Source: Gnetum montanum (lineage: Eukaryota > Plantae > Gnetophyta). From it: a stretch of 64,000 nt of DNA. A program made the translations under genes and the position numbers. The stretch is from the NCBI GenBank assembly GCA_015680685.1, contig MNCI01001543.1, forward strand, positions 186,001 through 250,000, written 5' to 3'. The notes beneath the pieces were generated by a model. The model had not been told where the DNA came from. It ran no database searches and worked only from the letters and a program-made list of their open reading frames with translations. Below, piece by piece: positions 38,640-52,399 of the stretch. Position 1 is the stretch's first letter, and each line of letters opens with the position of its first letter.

Positions 38640-41600
38640 TACCATATTATCACACAGCATAGTAGCCATGATCACTAACCAAAATCTAAGCATGTATATG
38701 ATCCTAAGGACCCAACCGTAGTGGAACATAGGGAGTTTCTTAAGTGGTTAGGACTTAGTCTAGTTCATGTAAATATTGATGAACAATACTATAACTTTAT
38801 ATGTGTGAAAATCCAAGCAATTTTGCATATCCCACGAAAGGAGTTTGACTCTCAGCATCACTATGAGTTAACCTACAAGAATGGGAAGGAATATCTCCCT
38901 TCACAATACAACCACATTAAATTATACAAGTTTTACATGCACTTCTTGGTATAGTTACTAAGTGCAAATGCGAATGGTGAAATTAGTGAAAAGGCTTGTT
39001 TAGGCTTCCACTTAGAGGATCAGGAAGAGTTCGGAGTTGAGTATGAGCTAGATATGTTCATAGGAGACTTTTCAAATGATATGTTCCAGAAATGATCATG
39101 TTCAACTTTGTGCCTCTTGTTTCAGTAATGAACCAAACTTCCCTTGTGACCTGTTCACTTTACTATTCACCATGGCACCCTTCACTACTACACGTTAACC
39201 TCCACAAGTAATTCCCTCTATATCTTAACCTTTTATAGTTTTAGCTGGTCCTCCTCATGGATGAAAATTTCACCCATATAACATAATCCATTTGTCTTCA
39301 ACACCTTCTTTGTTCTACATGTCCTTGTGCAAACATCATTTTCCATGTTTGATCCTCCTACAACAGTAGCTACAAGACCTTTCTAGTCTATATCATTATC
39401 CATTTTACAATCACTACTCATTCAACAATAATAAGTGTAGCCCTCAAGAGCTCCATAAGGCCTAGATCAAGCTTTTCAACTGATACAAGACATTACTAAA
39501 AAGCTACAAAAACTTGAGGCTAGTAGAACACAAATGGTGAAGGTCATGAACTTCTACCATGATGGTTCCATTAGCCTTACCATTACTCAAATAACTTTAC
39601 CTATGAGCATGCCTATCCCAAACTTCACCAAATATAATGGCGAAGGAGAACCTAATGCACATCTTATCAAATTCTATTTTGAGTGCCTCCTATTACAAAC
39701 ATGGCCTTATACGATACTACATATTTTCCCTATGTCCTTGAAAAAAAAAGCTTTAAACTACTGTCAAACCCTACCTAGAAGTTCTATCTCCTTCCTAGAT
39801 GACTTGATAGCCTTGCTTATCAACTACTTCAAATACAACTTGAAGCCTAACATAACCTTAAATTAACTTATGAAAGTAAGACAAAGGACACTTAAACTAA
39901 TCCAAAGATTCATTTTAAAGATTAAATGCAATACTCAATAAGATCTCCAAGCCCATCTCTGAAATCCACCTCTTGACCATCTTAAAGAAAGTGGTTAATA
40001 AATTCATCAAGTCAAAGCTCTACTACTTAGAACCTTGATTACTAAGCCAAACCTTTTTACAAATCAAGAACATAGAATAGGCTATTGAATCTAGCAATGA
40101 TTTAGCCTATGTAACCTACAAGAATTAGCACTTTAGAATGAACAAGAATAAGACCAAACAAGCACATAAAACTATGGCTATAGTATCAAAAGATATGAAA
40201 CAACTAGAAAGGAGAAATTCTTTGCTATGCAACATAGCTTCTAACCCATTGCAACCCTCTACATCATATACTCCCAACTAGCCAAGATCAAAATTTTAGT
40301 GTAAAGACAAGTCTAAATATACTAAGTTATCTATGAGGCCCTCTAAACTTCTAGAATAGTTTCTTAAAGGTTATCGTATTCAACATAAGCAACTATCCAA
40401 AGAAGCTTATAAGATGCATAATTATCTTTGTAAGATAGCTAGAGATCCAATGATAGAAACCAAAGATGATCCAAAACTACTAAGGTACTTCAAACTAGAT
40501 AGGTTTTACCATTATCACTAATTGGCTAGTCATGATATGAACTCTTGTTTAGTCCTTAAAGATGATCTATACAAGATGATTGATCATGAAGAGTTGGTGT
40601 TAAATGATCCTAACTCTCCAAACGCCATCAACAGCTCTTACACCACAGCCTCATCTATGGCAACCAAGTGGTCTAGTCCTCCTAGAAAACCATTTGTCAT
40701 CAACGTACCATTAGCTAGTAGTTAGTCCTAGAACCTAAAGCCTAGAAAGCCCTTTTTTATATAGTTATCACCACATTCTATCCTCAAGGAGCCTTTTATC
40801 ATATGTGTCTCACATTCATTGGCATCAACATCACAACCAAAAAAATGTGCTATCAATCCATTTAAGAATACGGAACAATTCATTATTAGGATGTCTTTAT
40901 CATCCACAACCAAAAATGCAAAAACCAGTTATCAAGGCTTATCTATTATGCCTAATAACTCAACAATTAACAAGAAATCATCACCATAATGATGATGAAA
41001 ATAATTTGTCGTCAAATCTAAGCCCACTAAAGGTAGCTAACAACAAAATTCTTAAAAGTAAGTTGACCCATTGAAACCTACATCAAGGTTAGCTCCACCC
41101 ATGAACAAGGGGTCTAAGAAAAATATACTAATACATGAGCCAAAAACTCTAGAAAGAGTGGAGAAAATTAAAGCTACCAAGGCTAAAAAAATGTATTCCA
41201 AGGAAAATAATTTCCTTACAATAGTGGGATAACCTAAATACTCCCTAAAGCAAAAGAACTTATCATTGAACCTTTACAACCTAGTCATGGCTTCTCCCAC
41301 TCATAGAGAGGTGCTAGCTCAAATGTTAACTACTATTCTTGTGAGTGGAGACATGCTTGCTAGTAAAGAGTCCATCCACTCTATCATCGAGTAAATCTTG
41401 CTTAGGGAGGACATACATTAACCCATGCTTATCTTTCATGATAACGAAGTGAATATTAACTCATGAAATAGGGAAGTGCTATCTCCTTCTCTCCTCATTA
41501 CCATACATGTTGACAAGTACAAGGTTCATCGTGTTCATGTAGATGATGGGGCAATAACTAATATGGTATTGTTTACCATTGTCAAAAAACTAGCCTACCT

Positions 41601-42090
41601 AGAAACATCCAAGAAACCTCTACCTCTATGCTCAAGTTGTTCAACAAGTTGTGGGTGGTAGTATGAGGTTCTATCTCCTAAGACTTTGTGGTCATGAAAT
41701 AGTTTCCCGCATCCACCAAATTTCTAGTCGAAGAGATACTAAGCTTTAACTTGATCCTTGGAAGACCATTTTTAGCCAAGCTTCAAGTATTCTCATCTTC
41801 TATACATCAAGAGATTTACTTGTGATATGAGAGTGGTAAAATTCTAATTCATAGAGATAGCATGTCTCAACCATCAATGAATACTATCAATATTGAACAA
41901 GATTTGGAGATAGAGTTTTAAGAGGAAACTCCCAACACTCAAGCTAGGGCCAATAAAAATAGCGATAACAAGAATATTAATAATGCCAATTGTACAACAT
42001 TAAATAATCAACAAGAACATTCACCACTTCCCATGTTGAACAAGAGTATTGATGGGATTGTATAAAAGAAGTTCCTTGATCTATGAGAGA
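38640..42090 (+). pseudogene. gag: Element G gag-protease remnant
   Basis: YNFICVKIQA, IPNFTKYNGEGEPNAHL, HDMNSCLVLKDD, HRVHVDDGAITNMV, FNLILGRPFL. Confidence 0.85.
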
Positions 42091-42237
42091 TCAAACAACA
42101 AAGCCACAATAGATGCCTTATCCTTTATTTTGTTAATAATTGTTTATTTATTTTCATAGATTTATACCATGTTTCAATGCTTTTTTTTATTCTTGTATTT
42201 TATTTCAAGATTATCTCATGCTTGCTAGAAAATTAAC

Positions 42238-42424
42238 ATGACCCACCAAGGCCTAAAACTAGAAAGATAATGACCTACCAAGGCCTAAAATTAGCAAGAC
42301 AATGACCTACCAAGGCCTAAAATTGGCAACATAATGGCCTACTAGGGCCTAAAACTAGTGAATCCATGGCCTACAAGGACCTAACATTGGTGAGTTCATG
42401 GCTTGACAAGCCCTAAAACTAGTA
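42238..42424 (+). repeat. Six 32-bp units carrying the stem-loop motif GCC-N6-GGC-CTAAAACTAG
   Basis: e.g. ATGGCCTACTAGGGCCTAAAACTAG; lies just 3' of G gag-pro. Confidence 0.85.
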
Positions 42425-45403
42425 ACACAAGATAACTTCTACTTCCTCTTCTTATGTTTACATGTAGCCTATTTATGTAATAACATCATTTAAAATCTTT
42501 ACTCACATGTTTACATCTTCCCTTATAGTTTTTATTTTATTTAATCACACTATAGAGTGTTTCTCTATTGCCATACCTTTTACTACTATTTCAACTAGTA
42601 TCCTATTTGCATAAAATGCTATAAAACATAGAAAAATATAAAACATGAAAAAGCAATTAAAAATTTGTAGCCAAATTTCCATAGTCATAGTCATAATTAC
42701 ATAGTGTAATAAAAATAGATGATACATAGTCTTTAAATTTATGACTATGGCAACTAGCCAATGACCATAACACTTAAGATTGATAGCCTAATATGATATT
42801 GACATCAAAAGATTTGATCAATCTAGGAAAGAGGAGTGTTATCAATATAATCACCATCATAACTTGGTTCCTATGAACAATAAAAACATGTAACCATAAG
42901 TGACAAGAATAACCATAAATGTAACCATTAAAATATGAAATGATCTTAAAATCAATAAAGCATGGGAAATTGAAAATCTTGAAAAAGAAACTAAAATAAC
43001 AGCTAGCCAAAATCCATGCACGTGATTAACATTACACTTAACATAAATCTTAAACACTAAAGGTAATATTTAACCAAGTTAGGCATTTTGGCAAATAGTT
43101 GTTATGAAAACTAGAAACCTCGTGACAATGAAAATTACATAGAACCAGCAACCAAAATTGATAGCATTGGAGCTTGAAGAATAAAGAATTCCTAGGACCA
43201 CTAGTCAAATAGCCCAAACAATGGAAAAGCACTCATAATATGGGAAGAATGAAGTAAAAAAGGTGCTATTTTTCTTGTCTCTTGGAAGTCACTTGTTGCC
43301 ATACCTTCCCATGAAAACCTCATAAACTCTCATATGCTATCCCAAAAACCCTAGATGATGCCATATGATGGCCATAGAACTGAAACTCATTTCATAATAG
43401 CCAACACCCAGGCCCAAAATACCCAATGCAATCAATATTAACCAGAGAAGCCTAAAAACCTGCATCAAAACTATGATTGACCAATATAACTTCCAGGGAT
43501 AAGGAAAAACCTTTAAAAAAAATTTAAAATTATTTTTAACTCTATATGTAGAAAGCATATAAAAAACACAAATCCACCACCAACACTATGCTTACAAGTG
43601 CATAGAATCAAATTTCAACCCAAAATTATGTAGAATTTTCACTAAGAAATCCTAGTTTGCAATGAGATGACCATAGTAAAAACCTTAAGAAAAACTGTAA
43701 AAATTATAAAATTTATCTAGGACCCCTCTACACTACATCAAAAATCCCAAGGAATCCTAGACGTTGACCAAAAGTAATTAAAAAATTGTAAACACTGCTA
43801 GTTTTTAGATGAAAAAACTACAAAATTTCAAAAGAAACAAACTAGAATGTTCTGCACTATGTTGAGAGAAAATCCAAAAAATTCAAAAAAATTGGTTTCA
43901 TCTCTAGGATAGTTGAAACACCCTAATAAAAATTCATGTGTACTCAAAATTCAAAATCTATTAGTCCTTGATGTTTCCATAATTTTGTTAAAAAATAGAG
44001 AAATTGGTGAAAGAATGATACTTGGTAGTCCTTGATGAAGATCCTTCACCTATAGAAGGATTTTGAAGCCTATAAAAAATCCTCAAAGCCTCCTCTACCT
44101 CTTCTAATCCTAGACTCTGACTTGTTGACCCAATTCTTTTCACCATAATTACTAAAACTTGAGAATTTTGCATTGATTACTACAAGAAAAAGCTTGAATC
44201 TCTAACTCTACTACAACCATGCTGTGTACAGAGATCTATGGAAGCCAAAATGATTGGGAGAAGTTAGGTGTGTAGGTTTGTGGAAGATTGAAGAAGAGAT
44301 TTGCTAATATGCTAGGTTTTCATGGTCAAAATCCTTCCCAAATGCCCACATGCTACCCACAAAGCTCTCATATGCTGCAAAATTAATCTTTGCACATTAA
44401 TAAAATTATGTTTTGATTCCACACATTGAGAATACAAGTCTCACATGCTATGACTATGTGTGGGACAATGTGTGACACATGAAAAAACCTTATCCTCCTT
44501 CATACACTACATACATGAGCCCCACATGCTAGGCTAGCGTGTGGGGTAAAACCACTAATTTTCTTCATTAAACTTGATCACATACCTTTAAAAATTGTTC
44601 AGAGGACCTCACCAAATCTTGAAAAATCCAAAAAAAAAAGAAAAAAAACTCTTAACATGCCCATAACCTATCCACAATTGCCCATATGATAGCAATTGAA
44701 ACCCCACATGCTAGGAATTCAGCCCAAAAGTTCCCACACACTAGGGATGCAAATCCCACACCCTATGATAATGTGTGAGGCCTCAACAAATTCTAAAGTT
44801 GATCAACATACATCATACCTTGCATGGAATAGCTAAATAAATTTCAGGTATCACCTGCAAACTTGGATGCTATCATAAAAGACTGTAGAAGCCAAGAACA
44901 AAACTAAAATCCCCAAAAACTAGCATGGTTAGGTTCCACACACTAGAGCGCATGTTCCACATGTTATGGTAGTGTGTGGTATAACATGTAGCCCCTACAC
45001 TAATAAAAATCATGCATAAAATTACTCATAATTTTCGTGGTGGATCCCATAAGATCTAGAATGGAAAGTTAAGCAAGAAAGTAACCTTCACAAGTTGTAG
45101 GAGATGGATTTTGATCCTACATGCTGGGGAGACATGTCCCACATGTTGTGGCAGCATGTGGGGTAGTGTGTGAAGCTCTAAGAACTTCTAAAATTGGTCA
45201 ATACATATCAAACCTTTCCTAAGATGCTCAAAAAGACTACAAATCTTCCCATACACCTTGGACATTGCCATGGAAGCCTAGGTAAGCCAAAAACCTAGTC
45301 AAAAATCCCCACAAACTGTCAAATTTAGCCCCACACATTGTGTTAGCATGTGGAGTACCATGTGAGACTTATACCAAGATTTACCATATCTAGAATTACT
45401 TAT

Positions 45404-46781
45404 TGTAATGATGGAAAACATCGGTCACTAGAAATACTGAGAGGGAATCCGTGTACATAGTTCTAACCCCGGATCGGTGCGAGGACCGTGCTGGAGAAAA
45501 CGAATCCGAGGTGCCCTGAATGGTCTTGTCGATCAGACGGGGACTTACTTGATCAGTAAAAATGTTGTGATATTTGGATGAAAAAATGGCGGTTCTTTAT
45601 GAGAAGATATAATATTGTTAACCTTGAAGGTAATTGAAAATGATGTAATTGATTTAAAACAATTTGCAAGATCCATATAGATAGGACACAAGAGATCAGA
45701 TTTAGAACATGGGCAATTCCAAGATCTGGGATTTAACTCACGAACAAAATATATTGGATACAATGATTATAGGTAGACTTCGATTTAGGCAAAGCACGTG
45801 CCAACAACAAGAAAGCTATTTAAAGACAAAGCAAGCAAAGGACGATCTACCTTGTTCTAGCCAATCCAGGTACAAGGAGGTCAGACCCGAAGCAAAATAT
45901 CCGTTAATTGGCTATTTCTGATCAAGGATTATTTCCAATCACCTCCAATGTTCTTACAATCACTGATCCTCTTTCGTTCTCTTTTCAATCCTTGCCAAAA
46001 GATGCCAAAAGTTAGGGTTAGGAGAAAAATGTGATTTAGATGACGCGTGTCCTGAACCGACAAGATGCCGTTGACTTGCTGCGATTGTGTTTGAAGCTCA
46101 CGACACCACGCTATATTACTCTTTGCAGTGTAATGCATGGTAAAACACTCTTTTTGGAACTTCGACAACAAACTATTTTTTGATTATGCTGCATCATGCT
46201 AGATTACGCTGCATCATGCTAGATTATGTTGTGTAGCGTAATTCAACGTAAAAAAGTGAATCTGCAAAAATTGAAGTGTTGTCGCCGCGCTTCCTTTGTT
46301 TCTGTTCAGTTCTTCTGGGGTTCATTACACTACACTGCGTAATGCAGCATAATAGGCCCCTTACCCGAAAATGAAAACTTGATGATATGTGCGGCATGCT
46401 GCAGATCGTTGCTTAAGCCTTGAGATTTTGCTGGGTTGTCGAGGTCCTGAATTTTTGCCATCTCTATTGTTACGATGAACCACCTTCCGGCACTACGCTG
46501 CATAACACGACATTACGCTATGTTGCGTAATGCAACGTAATATGCCAAAAGTTAAGATTTTTGTAACATAACATAGAAAGCTTGCAAAGTTGAAAGCTTG
46601 CCGTTGTGCACCTTTGGTCTTGTTCTATCCTCTAGAGTTCATTACGTTGCGCTGTGTATCATGGTGGAGTAGATTGTTAACTGAAAAGAGAACTTTCCGG
46701 GTCGTGTCTTGTCGCAAATCTTTGCTTGAGTCACAAGATTTTGCCAAATCGTTGAGGCCTCAAAATTTTCATGGTGTTTCA
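45404..46781 (-). repeat. Element F 3' LTR (1378 bp)
   Basis: Direct repeat of 61355-62829 lacking a ~97-bp segment. Confidence 0.93.
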
Positions 46782-46793
46782 ATGGCCCCTCTT
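46782..46793 (-). promoter_or_regulatory. Element F polypurine tract
   Basis: Minus strand AAAGAGGGGCCAT directly before TGAAACAC. Confidence 0.85.
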
Positions 46794-47982
46794 TGTTGAC
46801 ATTTAGATTGCCTGCCTAAAAGACGTTGACAAAGAATATGAAACATCATAGAGGTAAAGGCACCAATAGCGTCCATCAGAAATTGCTCAAATGTCACTTT
46901 GTCAAACTTGGAAGTGCAAAGGTGGGGGGGAAGAAAGCATAGGAGGAATTTTACAGAAGTGAAAGGAGGGAGGTTCGGGGAAGACTCAAACACGTGAACA
47001 TGAAGCTTTTGCGAACAAGTCATTACATCCTTTTGCTAGTGTATTTGCGAGAGGTTACGGCGTCATACCGCATATGAAGGGCTTGCATGGACGAGTTGTG
47101 TTATGCCCGCATGGCCTGGAGAAGTTATTTTACATCCATTTTTCCAAGCATTTCCCTTTTTTTTTTGAAATGCAAATTACATTCCATGAGGCAAGTTGCG
47201 TTATGCCTATTCGTGGACATGATGATGTGAAAGAATTGAATTAATGTTCACATTCTGTACAACCGAAGAAGAGGGTAAAGACGGTTGTATGGATAAGGGA
47301 AGGGGAAAGAGAAGTAAGGTATCTGATGGAGGGAGAGGTAGGGTTTGCACTCCCAAGTAGCCAGGCTAGTCTGAGCAGCCACTTCAAAATGTCGTGACAT
47401 CTCACCTTCTAATGAATGCATTCTCGATCAACGCTATCGTAACATGTAACCTGCAAAACATAACAGAGAGCAGAGAGCCAAAAGCAATCGTCCTAATCGC
47501 TAGCAGGGGGGAGGCTATTGAAACGAGCACCGTCTGAAGTGAAAAGAAGAGCAGAGGCCATGAAAGAGGGACCATAGCAAAGAGCAAGGGTCCCTATGTT
47601 GATGCCGTGGTTCATGCAGCTGCTGTCAACAGCTAGATTCATCTTGCTCCATCAACTGGGCAAAGAACCAGTCAGGTGAACTTGCTAAGACAGAATCTGG
47701 TGATGGCGATGGATGGAGGCTACTAAAACCATGGATGACCATAGTTTCTTTGAGGCTCTAAGAGGTGAAGTTGATCCTAGGAGGTGCAACTATAGAGTGG
47801 CTATCGTAGCAACATCTCCGAGGGATCAGTAGCATGCCTTTCGGCATATCCGAGGAATCAGTAGGATGCCAGTGAGGTAGTTGCATTGCATCTATTCCAA
47901 CGCCCCACCTATTTCATCTGGTAGGGATGCAGTGCAAGAGTGACCACGCTTGCTTGCTTCATGAATTTCTTATTGACGGATT

Positions 47983-48339
47983 CTAGTTTTAATTCGTAGT
48001 GGACCATTGTTGCTAGTTTTAAGTCTCAGCAGACTGTGGTCCCGGTTTAACATCTGGGCAGACCAAAACCTGCTGGTTTTATGTCGTAGCGGATGATGGA
48101 AGAGCTAGTTTATGGTCCCAGTAGACTACACTGTGGATATCAGTTTTATGTCATGACCTAGGGAAAAGTCTATGCTAGTTTAGCGTCTCAACAGACATAT
48201 GCTTACCTTGCCAGTTTCACGTCATGGCGGACGGTCGGGAACTTTGCCAGTTTAGTATCATGGAGAACGCGTGCAAGAAATGTCAATTTTAAGTCATAGC
48301 GGACATGTACAACTTTTCTAGTTTTACATCATAGTGAAT
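47983..48339 (-). repeat. Array of ~11 degenerate 30-37-bp units with a conserved stem-loop motif, just 3' of the F pol stop
   Basis: Plus-strand core CYAGTTTWAN-RTC-N6-GAC with variable spacers. Confidence 0.8.
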
Positions 48340-48372
48340 GTTTATTACCTTGCGTTTGAGCTGAGTTGATGC

Positions 48373-51300
48373 CTAGATGTGGTACCGCTTTAGATACAGA
48401 TGATTCACTGGATTTGGTAGCTCGTTGCTATCGATATCTACTAACTTGAATGCTCCGTTGTCGTATGTGCCGATGGCCAGGAAAGGGCCTTCCCAGTTTG
48501 CAGAGAATTTTCCTACTGGTTCATGAATGGCCTTGAGAACTAAGTCTCCCTTCTTGATCGGTCATTGATGTAGATTGTATCGGTGCTTCTGTCTTTATTT
48601 GTCCTAATATCTTTCGATGGTATCAAGCATCTGGATGCACTTCTCTTCCACTGAGTCTAAATACACGATCCTAGACTCATTGTGTTGAGTCTCATTTATA
48701 ACTGTGGAGAGGACCACCCGCAATGAGGAAACCTGTAATTCCAAGGGCAACACTGCTTCAGATCCATAGACTAGACTATAGGGTGTCTTGTCTATAGCTG
48801 TCCTGCACGTCGTACGATACACCCATAGCACGTAGAGGATTTTTTCATGCCATTGCTTCTTGTTGTTGCTGAGCATCTTCTTGAGTAGATTGATAATTAC
48901 CTTGTTTGTTTCTTCTTATTGACCATTTTCATGTGGGTAATAGGGTGAAGAAAAAAATTTCTTGATACCAAGGTTATCGTAAAAAGATTTGGTTTCTGTA
49001 CTACTAAATTATGGCCCATTGTTGGTCACAATAGTCATAGGAAGCCCAAATCTAGTTACTATATTGTCTAAGATGAAATGGCAAACTTGTTGAGATGTAA
49101 TCTTCCATAGGGGGATAGCCTCAACCTACTTCGTGAAATACTTAGTGGTAGTGATAATGAAGCTATTTCCTGCAGAATACTTAGGTGCAATGGGACCTAT
49201 GCTGTCTAGTCCCCATCGTTGGAATGGCCAAGTAATCTATGTAGTGTGTAACTTAGTTGGTGACACGTGTATTAGGTTTGTGTAATGCTGGCACGTGTCA
49301 CACGTCTTAACTTTGGTAAGGCAGTCCTTTTCCATGTATGGCCAATAGTACCCTAGGCATCTGATTTTAGCGGCCATCGCTCGTGGGGCTACATGTCCTC
49401 CACATAGCCCCTCATGGACGTTGCTAACTATTCATTGTGCTTGGTCATTACTAACACAGGTTAGCAATACTCCATCGAAAGTGCATCTATAGAGAGTGTT
49501 GTCTCCAATGATGACGTATTGCCTGGCATGCTTGCGCACTACATATTTTTGTGCTTGTGTTAGCTCGTGCAGTGCGCCATGCAGAAGGTAAGTCTTAATG
49601 TTGTCGTACCATTCTGGCGTTCCCCCCATGTTTAATGAAGATATTTACACCACTTGAATGATAGGGTCTGTACATTCCATCATTAAAGCGGGCCAAGTGG
49701 CAAACAAATGTGGTGGCACGTTTAATGCCAGTGTGGCCAGTGCATCGGCTACAGCATTTTGTTACGCGGCTTGAGCATCGGTTATCACAAATTTTTTCAG
49801 TAGATGCACATATTTGTAGGCGTAGACCCCTGTGATTTGATTAATGATGAGCATTGAATCACCTTGGATTTCCAGGTGTTGAACGTTGAGTTCTATGGCT
49901 ATCAACAATCCTCTGAGGAGCCCCTCATACTCTGCCACATTGTTTGTACAAGGGAAGGTCAGGCGGTAAGCCAGTGGATGCACATCCTCAAGGGAGAGCG
50001 TAATAACAATGGCAGCACTATCGCCCTTGGTAGTGGAAGCTCCATCAAAGTATAACGTCGCTTCGAGGCCTGTTGGTATAGGGCTTAAACTGTGTACATG
50101 CTCATCTAGAAATTCTGGCTCTATCGTAGCTTGATCGTTAATAGGCGATGTTGTAAGCTGGTCAGCTATAGCTTGACCTTTATTGGACGATTGGACAACA
50201 TAATGTAAGTTGAATTCAGCTGTGATAGCTTTCCAACGAGCTATCCTACTACTCTCATACAAGTTGTTTGAGATAGCCCGTAGAACATTGTTTTAACAAA
50301 TTATGTTGACTTGGCTACGAAAAAGATAGTGTCTACATTTTTTAAGTGCAAAAACCAATGCCAAATAGTTACACTCCACTTCATTGTACCTTGTTTCATA
50401 CGAAAATAGAGCAAGACTAAGATAATAGATAGGAGCTTCTAACCCATTATTCCTTTTTTGGAAAAGTAACATAGCTATAGACACGTCTGAGTCTGCTAGA
50501 TAAATGTAAAAAGGCTGATCCCTTTGTGGCGGAAAAATTGTTGGTAAGTGTTGCAGCTCCTTCTTCAAGTTATCAAATGCATGCTGGCAGTCATCGGTCC
50601 ATTCAAAATTAACACCCTTCTTAACGAGATGTTGCATAGGATATAATTTATCTATTAACTTCGAAATGAACTACCTGATAAATTGTACTATGCCCTGCAA
50701 CCCACATAGTTCCTTTAGGTTTGTAGGTGGCGTTAAATCAACGATGGCTTTAACCTTGTCGGGGTCGACTTGGATGCTAATTTCTAATACCACAAACCCC
50801 AACATGCATCTGGTTTTGATCCTAAATACGCATTTCTTTGGGTTGAGCCATAGTTCATACTTGAGACATCATTTAAGGACTAACTCTAGGTCTTCTAAAT
50901 GATCTTCTGACTTTATAGACTTGACAGCTATTTCATCTACGTAGTCATTCAATCTCCCTAAGAGGTAATCACTAAAGATGTATTTTATGGCTCGTTGATA
51001 TGTTACTCCAGCATTTTTTAGCCCAAAAGGCATCATAGTGTAACAGAAAGTCCCCCAGGGTGTCATGAATGTTGTGGTCAATTGATGCTCTGGGTTAATA
51101 CGAATTTGATTATAACCTGAAAAGCCATCCATAAGGGATAGAAGTGCATGGCCAGCTGTTGTATCAATCAGTTGGTTGATACTCGATAATGGGAAATTGT
51201 CTTTAATCATGGCCTTGTTCAGATTCTGAAAGTCTATGCAGATGTGTATTGCCCCCGTTTTCTTAGAGACAACTACGATGATGGACACCCAGTCCGAGTA

Positions 51301-51920
51301 ATCTACCGCGCGAATAAAACCAGCCTAATGTAGCTTAGTGATTTCATTACGCATTGCTAGCGCAATTTTTGGCTTAATCTTTCATGCCTTCTATATAATT
51401 TCTTTGATGTGTGGGTCTAAAATTATGTTATGCTATATTAATCTCGGGTCTAATCCCAGCATGTCTTTGTACGACCATGCAAATATAGCAGCGCTATTTT
51501 GGAACACTTGCATTATGCCACTCCACGTCTGTTGGTCCAGGAGGGAACTAACTCTAAGATTTTTATTTTCACCTTTGTGCGTAACCACAGGGATCTCATT
51601 GAGAGGGTCCTTGTTCACATCACTAGCTTCCACGTCTAGAGTTGAGGCCAGATGTTCTAGCCAATCTAGGGATATTTCTGATGTTGCTATGGTTGCATCA
51701 CAAAGGGAAGGGTTTGTTCCTATCAGCGTGTCATTAAGCTGTCTAATGGTCTCCCCATATGGGCCTGTTAAGGTTAGGGATGCGAATAAAGTTGCGTCCA
51801 TTTGTGAATTATCCTGCAAAAAACCACCAAAAATGGAAGTTGTTACATTGTTTTCTTTTTCTACCGATCTTTTCAAACGATAAGAGTTAGAGTTGGGTAT
51901 TAGAGAAGCCTCTAGTTTAA
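48373..51920 (-). pseudogene. pol: Element F pol: RT, RNase H, aRH, integrase
   Basis: FAWSYKDMLGLDP; CIDFQNLNKA, MDGFSGYNQI, MPFGLKNAG, YVDE; YLADSD..ETRYNEVE; LYFDGAS..CTNNVAEYEGL..GDSMLIINQ; TPYSLVYGSEAVLP; WEGPF..LKRYHI* (stop at 48373). Confidence 0.95.
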
Positions 51921-52399
51921 AGTCTTAGTGGATCGTTACAAATATGCACATTTTGTGAAAAAAAAATGATGAGCCAGGCTTCCTAGATGCTAGTGTGTGA
52001 CTTCTGTAAAGTAAGATAAAAGATGTAGCATGGCATGTCTAGCATGTCAGAATAATTAAATTTGAATTTTTTGTAAAGGCCATAGTTAATGCGGCCGGAT
52101 TACGAGGTGATAAACTATGCATTAGTTTAGGGTCATTCTGGACCATAATTCATACGATATCTACGAAATTAATGCCCTGATCTTCACATTTCATGTCATA
52201 CTGACACCGACATTTCGGGAAAGTTCCGCATCGATCGAGGAGAAAAAATTAGTTAGTTTCAATCATTTCATTTATAAACCAGTGGTTCATGCTCAAAATA
52301 GGTCATAGATATCGCGAAGTTGGATCTAACTATAGCAAAGAGGGAGCGTGAGCAAGGCGTAAACAAATGATTTTGCAAAGATTTTGTTCAATTGCAACT

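Larger units (their letters stand above)
37500..45398 (+). mobile_element. Element G: old Tat/Ogre-like element of the E/F family (5' LTR start unresolved; continues after F at 62835)
   Basis: The LTR 3' end is homologous to E/F (GATCAACAAGACCATT..GTCATTATA, ending at 38030). Decayed Asn PBS at 38036-38052. Gag and protease are collinear with F. Confidence 0.75.

Noticed and set aside
47983-48339. CRISPR-like repeat-spacer appearance
   Set aside because: The repeats are degenerate, the spacers are only ~8-15 nt, there are no cas genes and the context is a eukaryotic retrotransposon. Kept as a cis-motif array.
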